64,000 bases of DNA, taken from an uncultured virus (IMG/VR IMGVR_UViG_3300000929_000007) (Duplodnaviria; Heunggongvirae; Uroviricota; Caudoviricetes). This document shows positions 46,657 to 57,500 of this stretch, piece by piece. Location: IMG/VR virus record IMGVR_UViG_3300000929_000007; one strand, 5' to 3'. The stretch's first letter is position 1. The number at the start of each line of letters is the position of its first letter. The translations under genes were made by a program, and so were the position numbers. The notes beneath the pieces were generated by a model. That model ran no database searches, was not told the origin of the DNA, and saw only the letters and a program-made list of their open reading frames with translations.

Positions 46657-48918
46657 TTGGCACGTAACGTAGATATTCGTTTAAGACGAAGTGCTGTCGC
46701 AGGCAACGTCCCAACGATAGAGCAGTTGAACCTCGGTGAGTTAGCAGTAAACACCGCAGATGGTAAACTGTACTTAAAAAGACAGTACGATGGTATTGAA
46801 CAGGTTATTGAAGTCGGTGGTGACGCACGATCCGGCTTAGTAAGTACTTTCAATACGTATATCTACACGTCTGACGGAACGCTATTGACGCTCTCCGGAG
46901 CAGACGATTACGGAAATTATCTTTCATACGACCTTGCTTCCCCCCGAAGAATTCAAGTATACCTCAACGGTGTTTTACTACACCAAGGTATAGACTATAC
47001 AGCAGCTGATGGTTCCTCTATAACCTTCGCCTTTCCTATTGGCGTAGATCAAGTAGTTCAAGTTGCGGCATATAACTCAGACGGTGCGTCCATTGACGCA
47101 GACCTCATACTAGACGATGGATTTTCGTTTACCGTTGGTACCGATGAAGAGACTAAGTTCTATCATAATGGTACCAACACGATTTTAAAACATCTTGGTT
47201 ACAACGGTGGGGATTTAAAGATCCAATACCGCGATAGTGACCGTATTGATGTTGATAGTGCTGGAGTAAATATATTCGGCGACTTCCGTCTTAATGGCGA
47301 ATCTGTTGTTACTCTAGCGGATGTTATTAATACCATCAATACTGAGGTTGACACTGGATTTGTTGAAGCACTGAATATAAGTGCTGCCTCCGTATCTTAT
47401 GTACCTGATAGTGACATGATTGCTACCAACGTTCAGGATGCGATTGATGAACTACATAGTACCAAACTAGACATTTCTGCCCTTAACGCCTCTATTGTAT
47501 TATATCCAACGACCACTACTATTGCTGTTGACGGTATATACACGAAGATGGTCACTTCTATCGGTGACTCAGATTTTAATGCCGTTGCTGTAGATATCAA
47601 CACTGGAACCATATCTGGGGCCGATCAGTTGATTGCGTCACTTGCTACGGAACAGGGTGTATTAATAGGTAACACTGGTGTTATTAACATTCATACTGTT
47701 GGTAACGTGAGAGTTAATCCAGATGGCTCTGGCGGTTCAGCATCATTCTATTTCGAAGTATATAAAAGAAGTGCTGCTGGTGTAGAGACTTTATTATCTA
47801 CTTCATCAACCACAAGCAAAATTTCTCTAGATACTTATGGTGAGTTTTACGCAGATGCGTTATTACCAGCAACTGATTTCACCGCAACTGACCGTGTAGT
47901 AATAAAATACTATGGTAATGAAATTACTGGTAATGTTAACACTACATATGATTTTCAGTTTGGTGGTACATCTCCTGTACGGTCTAATTTTCCAGTACCC
48001 GTATCTGTAATACCACAGAATGTACTGGAGGCCTTGTCAGGGGGTTCTGGTATTGACTACAGCTCTGCGACAGGTGTCATCTCAGTAGATAATACTATTG
48101 CGACTAAGACCTATAGCGAGTTGTACGCGCACTCTGCGGCAGACTCTGCGGCATCGGTCGTATTGCTCGCTGCTAAATCTTATGCTGTAGAACAAGACTC
48201 TGACACTCTAGTATTAGCAAAATCTTATGCGTCTTCAAATGATGCGATTACATTACAATCAGCAAATGACTACGCAGAAAGTCAAGATGTTATAAATCTT
48301 CAATTAGCTAAAGATTATACTGAACTATATACAGACTCGGCAGTCTTACTAACACTAAACTCAGCAAACGTTTATACCGACAGTTCAGTATCAAACATTC
48401 AACTGGTTTTAGAGAACTACACTAACTCTGCTATATCTGCCGCCTTAATAACGGCAGACGCCGCTGCGGTAACATACACCGACAGCGCAATTAGTATTGC
48501 TATATCAAATCTTATCGATGGCGCGCCTCAAGTACTTGATACTTTGAATGAAATATCGGCAGCCTTAGGTGACGACTCCGACTTTATCGGAACAGTACAA
48601 AACTGGATTAATCAAAAGTTAGACGCTAACGCCACAACAGATGTTATAGAAGAAGGCGTTAATAACTTATACCTTACAGAAGAACGTGTAAGACAATCAT
48701 TATCTGTGTCTAATGGGTTATCATTCAACCCATCTACAGGTGAATTCGGTATTGACAGTTCGGATGATGTAACCTTCTCATCTGTTACAGCTGCGACTTT
48801 TGTAGGTAATCTACAAGGTAATGCGGACACTGCGACAGATGCAGACCAACTCGACGGGCAACATGGTTCATATTATAGAGTTAATATTTACGATATAAAT
48901 GGAACTTTAGTTAACTAG
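46657..48918 (+). CDS. tail/fibre structural protein
   Basis: IRLRRSAVAGNVPT...L.LGELAVNTADGKLY; VYLNGVLL..G.DY; APQVLDTLNEISAALGDD; GAGGA SD with TTG start. Confidence 0.72.
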   Translation: MARNVDIRLRRSAVAGNVPTIEQLNLGELAVNTADGKLYLKRQYDGIEQVIEVGGDARSGLVSTFNTYIYTSDGTLLTLSGADDYGNYLSYDLASPRRIQVYLNGVLLHQGIDYTAADGSSITFAFPIGVDQVVQVAAYNSDGASIDADLILDDGFSFTVGTDEETKFYHNGTNTILKHLGYNGGDLKIQYRDSDRIDVDSAGVNIFGDFRLNGESVVTLADVINTINTEVDTGFVEALNISAASVSYVPDSDMIATNVQDAIDELHSTKLDISALNASIVLYPTTTTIAVDGIYTKMVTSIGDSDFNAVAVDINTGTISGADQLIASLATEQGVLIGNTGVINIHTVGNVRVNPDGSGGSASFYFEVYKRSAAGVETLLSTSSTTSKISLDTYGEFYADALLPATDFTATDRVVIKYYGNEITGNVNTTYDFQFGGTSPVRSNFPVPVSVIPQNVLEALSGGSGIDYSSATGVISVDNTIATKTYSELYAHSAADSAASVVLLAAKSYAVEQDSDTLVLAKSYASSNDAITLQSANDYAESQDVINLQLAKDYTELYTDSAVLLTLNSANVYTDSSVSNIQLVLENYTNSAISAALITADAAAVTYTDSAISIAISNLIDGAPQVLDTLNEISAALGDDSDFIGTVQNWINQKLDANATTDVIEEGVNNLYLTEERVRQSLSVSNGLSFNPSTGEFGIDSSDDVTFSSVTAATFVGNLQGNADTATDADQLDGQHGSYYRVNIYDINGTLVN

Positions 48919-48944
48919 AACTTCATATCAGAAAATCTATTTAT

Positions 48945-48952
48945 TATAAATA
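48945..48952 (+). promoter_or_regulatory. T4-type late promoter
   Basis: TATAAATA. Confidence 0.7.
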
Positions 48953-48993
48953 ACATCATATATTAACTCTAATAAAATAGATGACACATCACT

Positions 48994-49353
48994 ATGATCA
49001 ACGGAAAATCTTTTAACAGGGTATTTGCTGAGAGCTTATTTAATCTAGCATCTCAGAAAAAATCTAAAGTTGAAGAATCGCCTGGCTCAGAGACGGAGAT
49101 ATTCGAACTTATCGAAGGTACTTCTTCTTCCACCAATGACAACTCAATCATACCTGAAGCACAACATATTATTGCTGACGGTGAAACCGCGATATTTACA
49201 TTAAATGCTGCTCCTTCTAGGGCGGATCTTGTAGATGTTTGGGTGAATGATGTTCTTCAACACCATGTTGAGACATATGACACTATTGGTGATGTCATTC
49301 AGTTCAGTGAAATCCCCCCGCAAGGGACGGACATTTATATTAAATTTCGTTAG
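48994..49353 (+). CDS. small putative structural protein
   Basis: ADGETAIFTL...VWVNDVLQ....Y......IQF.E.P..G beta module. Confidence 0.6.
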   Translation: MINGKSFNRVFAESLFNLASQKKSKVEESPGSETEIFELIEGTSSSTNDNSIIPEAQHIIADGETAIFTLNAAPSRADLVDVWVNDVLQHHVETYDTIGDVIQFSEIPPQGTDIYIKFR

Positions 49354-49408
49354 TATATTATTAAACGTTTAAACACAATCCTAACTAAAACCTCATGGAG
49401 ATTACTCA

Positions 49409-52400
49409 ATGTCATTTAGACAAATTAAATCACCAGCATTAGCAGATCGGTCTATAATTAGTACCAAACTAGACTCAAGTGCTGTTACGGGACAAACCCT
49501 TCTTACCGGAATGGCCAATCCTGCAGATTGCTTTACGCTGCTATACGATGTAGGTTCTGACTCGCTTAAGAAAATTAGTACTGCGGCATTCTTCGGAAGC
49601 TTTGATACTGACGACTTGGCAGAAGGTTCCAAACAGTACTTTACACCGCAACGCGCTCAAGACGCTGTTGCCGCAGATATTGCTTCTGCTGTTGCTGTAG
49701 AAACTGCTCGTGCTACTGCTGCTGAAGGTGTTAACGCAACTTCAATCGTAACTGAAACAAATCGTGCTACCGCTGCTGAAGTTGCTAACGCAACTGCTAT
49801 TTCAACAGAAACAAATCGCGCAACTGTTCGCGAAAACGCAATCGAATCCGCATACCAGACAGCTGACGCTGCCTTATCAGTTCGTATTGATAACATTCTA
49901 ACAAATACTGATTCTGACGCACTTAACTCTCTAGCAGAAATTGTTGTTGCTTTCCAAAACGCTGATAGTGTATTGACCGCGTCTACTATTGCTAACTCTA
50001 GTGCTATCTCGGGTGAAGTCGCTCGCGCCACTGCTGCTGAGACTGCTAACGCAACTGCTATCGCTAGTGAAGTAACTCGCGCAACTGGCGTTGAAGCTGG
50101 TCTACAGTCTTCAATCACTAGTGAAGCGGCAACTCGTTTGGCTGCCGATGGTGCTCTTGACGCTCGTTTGACTGTTGCTGAAGGTGATGTAAGTTCACTA
50201 GAAACTGATCTTGCCGCAGAAATTTCTCGCGCTGGTCAAGCAGAACAAGTTAACGCATCTGGTCTTGCTGCGGAAATCGTTCGTGCGACTGGAGCAGAAG
50301 CTGCTAACGCTACTAACCTTCAAGCAGAAATCACTGCTCGTGCCGCTGCTGACACTTCAGTCCGCGTTGACATGACTTCATTGATTACTAATGGTGATGC
50401 TGCAACTCTTGTATCTGCTAAAGCAAATGACAACCTACTAATCGGTGACGCATCTGTCGACGGTTCTTCAGGTAATACTGTTACTGATCGTGTTAGTTCA
50501 GCAGTTGCTACTGAAACAACTCGTGCGCAGGGTCAAGAATCTGCTATTCGTAGTGAATTTGCTCTTGCCGATAGTGACCTTCAATCAGGTCTAGACGCAG
50601 AAATCGCTCGTGCTACTGCTGCTGAAGGCGTTAATGCTTCCGCAATCTCTACAGAGACTAGTCGTGCGACTGGTGAAGAAAGTCGAATCGAAGCGAAATT
50701 GGACAATGTTATTGCTAACACCGATCCCGCCGCTCTTGATTCATTGACTGAAATCGTTGCTGCGTTCGTATCTGCTGACTCTGATATGTCTGCGTTGATC
50801 GCGTCAAACACTGTAGCAATTAATGCTGAAGCTGGTGTTCGCGCATCTGCGGACTCAGTACTACAAACTAATATCACAACTGAAGCATCAACTCGCTCAG
50901 GTGCTGATACTACTTTACAATCTAATATTACTGCTGAAGCAACTGCTCGAATTGCCGGTGATGCCGCAACTCTTGTATCTGCCCAAACAGATGCGACTTC
51001 TAAAGCAGACGCTGCTGAAGCTGCCGCTATCGTTCACGCAGACGCACAAGACACCGCACTTATCGGTGACGCATCTGTTGATGGTACTGTTGGTAATACT
51101 CTTACTGCTCGTATCGCAACTGCTAAATCTCAAGCATCTACTTACACTGACACAAAGGTTTCTGCTGAAGCAGCAACTCGTTTGGCAGCTGATAACGCAT
51201 TGTCTCTACGCGCATCTGCATTAGAAGGTGATGTTTCAACTCTTCAAGGTGAGATGGATACTGTTGAAGCAGACATCCTTGCTGAGACTGCTCTACGTGT
51301 ATCTGGAGACGCAAGTGTTCAGGCAGGTCTTGCTGCAGAAATCACTCGTGCTACTGCTGCGGAAGGTGTTAACGCATCAGCAATCCTAGCGGAAACTACT
51401 CGTGCTACTGCGGCAGAAGTTGCTAACGCAACCGCAATCTCTAACGAAGTAACTCGCGCATCTGGTGTCGAAAGTGGACTACGTGTTGATGTAGACGCAA
51501 ACACTGTTACTGGTGCTGCTAACGCTGCCGCAATTAGTGTCGAGACTACTCGTGCTCTTGCTGCTGAAGCTGTCAACGCATCTGGTCTTGCTGCAGAAAT
51601 CGCTCGTGCTACTGCTGCGGAAGGTGTTAACGCAACTTCAATCGCAACTGAAGCTGGATTACGTGCTGCTGGCGATGTTGCTCTACGTACTGACGTTGAC
51701 GCGAATGCCCTATCAATCTCTGGTGTTGACTCTGATCTTTCTGTTGAAATCGCTCGTGCTACTGCCGCAGAAGGTGTTAACGCATCTGGTCTTGCTGCAG
51801 AAATCGTTCGTGCTACTGGCATTGAGTCTGGTCTACGCACTGACGTTAACACAGTAACCGGTCGTGTTGATGCTATCATCGGTACTTCTCCAGAAACTCT
51901 TGATACACTTCAAGAAATCGTTGCTGCGTTCGAAGGTGCTGATTCAGACATCCAGAACATTATCAATAACAACTCTGGTCGTTTGACTGCTGCTGAAAGT
52001 GACATCGATGCTGTTGAAGTACGCGCTACTGATTTAGAGTCACGCTCAACTGCTCTTGAAGGTCGTGCTACTACTCTTGAGTCTGTGCAATTAGCACAAG
52101 GTGGTCGTCTAACAGTTAACGAAGGTGACATTGACGGTCTAGAATCTAAAGTTGGCGTTGCCACTCTAGGTACTACTGCTACTAACCTATCTGCTGCTAT
52201 CAATGAAATCCACTCTGAACTAGATGTTGAAGCTGGTAAAGTTTCTACACTACAAGGTGAGATGACTGCTGTTGAAGGTCAAGTCACAGTTCTAGAAGGC
52301 GAAATGAATGCTGTTGAAGCTGAACAAGCTCTACAGGCAGGTCGTTTAACAGTTAACGAAGGTGACATCGACTCACTAGAATCTAAGATGGGTTCTGGCG

Positions 52401-54496
52401 TATTCGCTACAACTTCACAAACTGCTGTTGGTTCTTCGAACGAACTACACGGTGAAATTAATGCTATTGAGGCTCGCGTAGATTCTGCGGAAGCGGACAT
52501 CCTTTCAAACGCTGCTGCTATCTCAGCTGAATCTTCTCGTGCGCTTGGTCAGGAAACTGCCATCCGTTCAGAATTTGCTGCTGCTGATACTGCCATAACT
52601 TCTGCTTACATTGCTGCCGATGCGGTTGTTCTTTCATCTGCCTCTGTCGACGCAACTACTAAAGCNNNNNNNNNNNNNNNNNNNNNNNNNNNNNNNNNNN
52701 NNNNNNNNNNNNNNNNNNNNNNNNNNNNNNNNNNNNNNNNNNNNNNNNNNNNNNNNNNNNNNNNNNNNNNNNNNNNNNNNNNNNNNCGCACGAACGCTGA
52801 TGCCGTATTACAATCCGCAATCGATGCTGAAGTAACTGCCCGTCTAAGTGCTGACGCTACTCTAAGTTCACGTGCTACTGTACTTGAAACTGAAATGACT
52901 GCGACTCAGTCAGGTGCTGGTCTTGCTGCTAACGGTAACTATGTTGCTCCAAGTGGTACTAACTTCCTAGACACTGCTGTTACATTGAAAGATGCTGATA
53001 GTAAATTGGATGCTGCTCTTAAAGCGGAACAGACTCGTGCTCTTGCTGCTGAAGGCGCAAACACTACTTCAATCAACAACGAAATTGCTGCTAGAATCGC
53101 GGGCGACTCTGACCTACAGGTTAGTCTTGACGCGGAAGTATCACGTGCTCTTGCTGCTGAAGGTGTATTGACATCTAACGTTTCTATTAACGCTGCTTCG
53201 ATTGTGACTGAATCTAATTCACGTCAAAGTGCCGATGCTAACTTACAGTCTCAGATCGACTTTATTAAAGCCAACACTGATTCTGCTGCTCTGGATTCGT
53301 TAACTGAAATCGTAGCTGCCTTCCAGGCTGCTGACGGTACTCTTACTGGTCTAGTATCTCAGAACCAAACTGATATCGCAACTAACGCTTCAGGTCTTGC
53401 TGCGGAACTTACCGCACGTGCGGCACAGGGTTCTGCGATTCGTGGTGAGTTCGCTGCTGCTGACACTCTTCTTCAGACAAACATTAACGGTAAGGTTTCT
53501 AAGTCTGGCGATGCGATGTCTGGCGATCTAGACATGTCCGGTAACAAGGTCGGTGGTCTTGCAGACGGTACGGTTTATGCTGACGCAGTTAACAAAGGTC
53601 AGTTGGACGCGGGTCTTGCTGCACAGCATATCTCTCAGTTTGATACTAGCGACCTTCTAGAAGATCCGAATGGTACTAACCTTTACTTCACAAATGCTCG
53701 CGTTCACGCGGCAGTATCCGTCACTGACGTTTCTGGTGAAGGTAATGTTTCTGTAACAAACGGTGTGTTCTCTTTAAACACTGCTAAGGCATTCGTTGAA
53801 CTAACTGATGTTACAGATTCAACTATCACTGGTAAGGAAGGTTTTGTTGCTCGTGTTAAGACTGATGGTTCTGGTATCGAACTTGTTGACCCAACACAGC
53901 TGGCGTTTAACAATGCTCAACGTCAGACTATTAGTGGTGACGGTGCTCAGACTACATTCGCATTAAACTTCGCAACTCTAGAAGCTAACGCGATGGTATT
54001 TGTTGGTGGTGTTGTACAGGATCCATCTGTACACTATAACATCGACTCTGAAGCACAGACAATCAGTTTCAACGCAGCGATTCCTGTTGGTACACAAGCG
54101 GTAGTTATCGCTCAGTCTACTAACTCGGTTGGTGTACTAGATCCTAAGTCTGTTGGTCTAGAAACTCTTGCTGATAACATCAAAGTCTTCGAACAAGGCA
54201 ATGATATTGTTGTAGGAACTTCTGCTACAGTAGTTTCTTCATTCAACTCAGCAAACTACCGAACTGCTAAGTACATCGTTACTGTCGCAAATGGTAGTGA
54301 GTTCGAAACACGCGAATGTCTAGTTATTCACAACGGAACTGACGCTTTCATCACTGAATACGGTATCGTATACACTGGTGCGGCATTACTAGGTGATACT
54401 GATATACGTGTTACTGGTTCTACTGTTGAACTATTATACACTTCTGTATCAGCTGGTTCTGTAGTTTCTGTATCTGCTACATACGTCGACGCATAA
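49409..54496 (+). CDS. very long Ala-rich coiled-coil fibre protein (N-gap inside)
   Basis: 1695 aa; repeated E[IVT]xRATAAE and LDSLTEIVAAF motifs; C-terminal YRTAKYIV...HNGT..ITEYG domain. Confidence 0.8.
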   Translation: MSFRQIKSPALADRSIISTKLDSSAVTGQTLLTGMANPADCFTLLYDVGSDSLKKISTAAFFGSFDTDDLAEGSKQYFTPQRAQDAVAADIASAVAVETARATAAEGVNATSIVTETNRATAAEVANATAISTETNRATVRENAIESAYQTADAALSVRIDNILTNTDSDALNSLAEIVVAFQNADSVLTASTIANSSAISGEVARATAAETANATAIASEVTRATGVEAGLQSSITSEAATRLAADGALDARLTVAEGDVSSLETDLAAEISRAGQAEQVNASGLAAEIVRATGAEAANATNLQAEITARAAADTSVRVDMTSLITNGDAATLVSAKANDNLLIGDASVDGSSGNTVTDRVSSAVATETTRAQGQESAIRSEFALADSDLQSGLDAEIARATAAEGVNASAISTETSRATGEESRIEAKLDNVIANTDPAALDSLTEIVAAFVSADSDMSALIASNTVAINAEAGVRASADSVLQTNITTEASTRSGADTTLQSNITAEATARIAGDAATLVSAQTDATSKADAAEAAAIVHADAQDTALIGDASVDGTVGNTLTARIATAKSQASTYTDTKVSAEAATRLAADNALSLRASALEGDVSTLQGEMDTVEADILAETALRVSGDASVQAGLAAEITRATAAEGVNASAILAETTRATAAEVANATAISNEVTRASGVESGLRVDVDANTVTGAANAAAISVETTRALAAEAVNASGLAAEIARATAAEGVNATSIATEAGLRAAGDVALRTDVDANALSISGVDSDLSVEIARATAAEGVNASGLAAEIVRATGIESGLRTDVNTVTGRVDAIIGTSPETLDTLQEIVAAFEGADSDIQNIINNNSGRLTAAESDIDAVEVRATDLESRSTALEGRATTLESVQLAQGGRLTVNEGDIDGLESKVGVATLGTTATNLSAAINEIHSELDVEAGKVSTLQGEMTAVEGQVTVLEGEMNAVEAEQALQAGRLTVNEGDIDSLESKMGSGVFATTSQTAVGSSNELHGEINAIEARVDSAEADILSNAAAISAESSRALGQETAIRSEFAAADTAITSAYIAADAVVLSSASVDATTKXXXXXXXXXXXXXXXXXXXXXXXXXXXXXXXXXXXXXXXXXRTNADAVLQSAIDAEVTARLSADATLSSRATVLETEMTATQSGAGLAANGNYVAPSGTNFLDTAVTLKDADSKLDAALKAEQTRALAAEGANTTSINNEIAARIAGDSDLQVSLDAEVSRALAAEGVLTSNVSINAASIVTESNSRQSADANLQSQIDFIKANTDSAALDSLTEIVAAFQAADGTLTGLVSQNQTDIATNASGLAAELTARAAQGSAIRGEFAAADTLLQTNINGKVSKSGDAMSGDLDMSGNKVGGLADGTVYADAVNKGQLDAGLAAQHISQFDTSDLLEDPNGTNLYFTNARVHAAVSVTDVSGEGNVSVTNGVFSLNTAKAFVELTDVTDSTITGKEGFVARVKTDGSGIELVDPTQLAFNNAQRQTISGDGAQTTFALNFATLEANAMVFVGGVVQDPSVHYNIDSEAQTISFNAAIPVGTQAVVIAQSTNSVGVLDPKSVGLETLADNIKVFEQGNDIVVGTSATVVSSFNSANYRTAKYIVTVANGSEFETRECLVIHNGTDAFITEYGIVYTGAALLGDTDIRVTGSTVELLYTSVSAGSVVSVSATYVDA

Positions 54497-54513
54497 TAAC
54501 TTTAACCCTAGGT

Positions 54514-54535
54514 GGAGGGGGATTCGTCCCCCTCC
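54514..54535 (+). other. strong intergenic stem-loop without U-tract
   Basis: GGAGGGGGA-TTCG-TCCCCCTCC. Confidence 0.7.
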
Positions 54536-54567
54536 GCAAATAAAAATTCTAAAACAAAGGTAATAAA

Positions 54568-57500
54568 ATGTCTTCGAACAAAAAATTTAGAATTCAGAAT
54601 GGCGTTAACATAATCGGTGAACTGTCTATCGATGATATTACTATCATTGATGCGAACGGTAACGTTAGTGCGGATGCGATTGCTACCGCAGTTGCGTCAC
54701 TAACCGCAGGCGACTTGGCTGATTTGCAGGCACAGGTAACTACAATTCTTGGGAGTTCTCCGGAATCTCTGGATACTTTACAAGAGATTGTTGCTGCTTT
54801 TGAAGCTGCGGACAGTACTTTAACCGGAACTGTTGCTGCTAACGCATCTGCTATTACTACAATTAATAACACTCTGGCGAGTGGAGTCGCAACTCCTGCT
54901 GACATTAGTGGCTTAGATTCCGATATTGGTGTCCTAGAAACATTTGTCAAAGGTGGTGCTTCACTTTCAACTGTCGCGACTAATGTTGTTCCGGCAATTA
55001 ACGAACTAGTATCTGAAGTTGCTACTGTAAAAAGTGCGCAGACCGGAGATACTACAACTCTAACTTCAGCAATTAATACTGCTAAATCAGAAGCAATCTC
55101 TGCAGCATCTGCTGACGCAACTACTAAAGCAGACGCTGCTGAAGCTGCTGCAAACGCATATACTGATACTGAAGTTGCCGCATTGGTTGCTTCTGCTCCT
55201 GGCGCACTAGATACTCTTAACGAGTTGGCAGCTGCCTTGGGTGACGACGCGAACTTTGCGTCATCAATTACTGCGTCTATCGCAACTAAAGCTGACGATA
55301 CTGCGACTACTGCTGCTCTTGGTCTCAAGGCAAACGCATCTGATGTTGCTGCATCATTTAGTGCGGAAGAATCTGCTCGTGACAGTGATGTCCTTGCAGC
55401 AATCGCTACCTCATCCGCAGACGCGACTTCTAAAGCAGACGCTGCCCAACTGGCGGCGGAAACTACGGCATCCGCAGACGCAACTACTAAGGCAGATGCT
55501 GCCAAAGTGGCAGCGAACGCATATGCGGTTTCTATTGTTAGTAGCACTGTTGACGCTGAAGCGAATACTCGTGCCGCTGCTGATACCGCGTTAAGTTCTC
55601 GTATAACTGCGGTAGAAGGATATTCTACTACTGATATTCCACAAGGTTCTAATGAGTACTTCACTACTGCCAAGGCACGTGCGTCGGTACAAGCTGGTAC
55701 TGGATTGTCTTATAACCAATCAACCGGTGAGTTTTCAACTAACCTAGTTGCTGGTGACGGTGTTAGTGTATCTGGTGGTACTATCTCTATTGATGGTACA
55801 TCTATCGGGCAGAATTTGGTTCCTTCTCTAGATGACACGTATAGTCTTGGTTCTCCGGACAAAGTATGGCGTGATGTGTATATCGGCCCTGGCTCATTAT
55901 ACATCAACGGTACTAAAATCCTTGAGGACAACAGCGGTACAATCACAATGTACGCGGACTCAGGTCAGAACCTATCATTCGGTACTTCCGGTGGTGGTGT
56001 AATTGATCTAAACGCTGGTTCAGAATCTATTCAGGTTAAATCTAATTTTATCCTGTCTTCTGGCAAAACAATCACAACTGTTGGTGGCGCTGCTACTCAA
56101 TTCGGCGGTGACGTTGAAATGAATGGTAACTGCATCTTTAATGTTGCGGTTCCACAAACAGACGGCGAAGCTGCTAACAAAGGATATGTTGATAGTAAGA
56201 TTGCTGCTGATCACGTAGGTAATAAGTCTTTCTTAGGCGACGTTGATGTTCAAGGTAATTTATCTGTTCAAGGTACTGTAACTACAGTTAACTCTGAGAC
56301 TATCTCATTAGCAGATAACATCATTGACTTGAACTCAAATGTTACTTCTGGTACTCCGACTGAGAATGCTGGTTTCCGCGTAATGCGTGGTGACGAAGCT
56401 GCTGCTCAGATTCGATGGAATGAAACCTCAGATCAGTGGGAAGTATTCGACGGTTCTTCTTACACTAAGATTGCGCTATCTACTAGCGACCTAGTGGAAG
56501 GTTCTAATGAGTACTTTACTGATGCTAAAGCAAAATCAGCTGTTGCGGCAGATATCGCATCTGCGGTTACTGCTCTAGACAATGACCTACAGGGACAGAT
56601 TCATACTCTAAGTTCTGGTGCGTCTACTGAAGCATCAACCCGTGCGTCTGCTGATAGTGTACTTCAAGGTAATATCACGGCAGAAGTTACTCGTGCTACT
56701 GCTGCGGAAGGTGTTAATGCGACAGCAATTTCATCTGAAGCATCAACCCGTGCGTCTGCTGATACTACTCTCCAGAGTAATATTGATGCGGAACAACTTG
56801 CTCGCGAAAGTGCTGACAGTGATCTACAGAGTCAGATTACAGCAGAAGTTACTTCACGCGCAAACGCTGTATCAGGTCTAATCACTGATGTTGCGAATGC
56901 TAATACTGCTCGTATCACAGGTGATAACAACCTACAAGCGGCAATTACTTCTGTACAGAATGCGGTTAACGCAATCACTACCGGTACAATTCCTGCTCTA
57001 GATACTATAGTAGAAGTTGTTGCTGCGTTTGAGGCTGCTGACGGTAATTTACAGTCATTGATGAGTGGAAACTCTTCAGCGATTAATGTTATTGACGGTC
57101 GTGTAGATACTTTAGACTCAGATATGGCAGTGGTTCAGGGACTCGCATCTGCCACAGCATCTACAGTAGCTGTTCAGGGTGGTCGTCTGTCTACTGAAGA
57201 AGGTAATGTTGATTCGTTACAGACATTCACTGGTATAGGTACTGCTCTTGATACTACTGCTGCTTCACTAGCAGTTGCTATCAACGAACTACACGGTGAA
57301 TTAAATACTGCTGTCACTTCAATCAGTAACGAAATCACTCGTGCTACTGCTGCGGAAGGTGTCAACGATACTGCGATTACTTCGGAAGCATCAGCTCGTT
57401 CTGCTGCGGATATCCTCTTACAGGGTAACATTGATACAGAAGCATCAACTCGTGCGGCTGCTGATAGTGACCTACAGGTCGGTCTTGCTGCCGAATTGGT

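Noticed and set aside
54594..55673. 359-aa minus-strand ORF and similar antisense ORFs (49657, 51319, 22796, 40877, 9115)
   Set aside because: Shadow frames of Ala/Gly-rich repetitive genes with biased codons; no RBS or recognisable motifs
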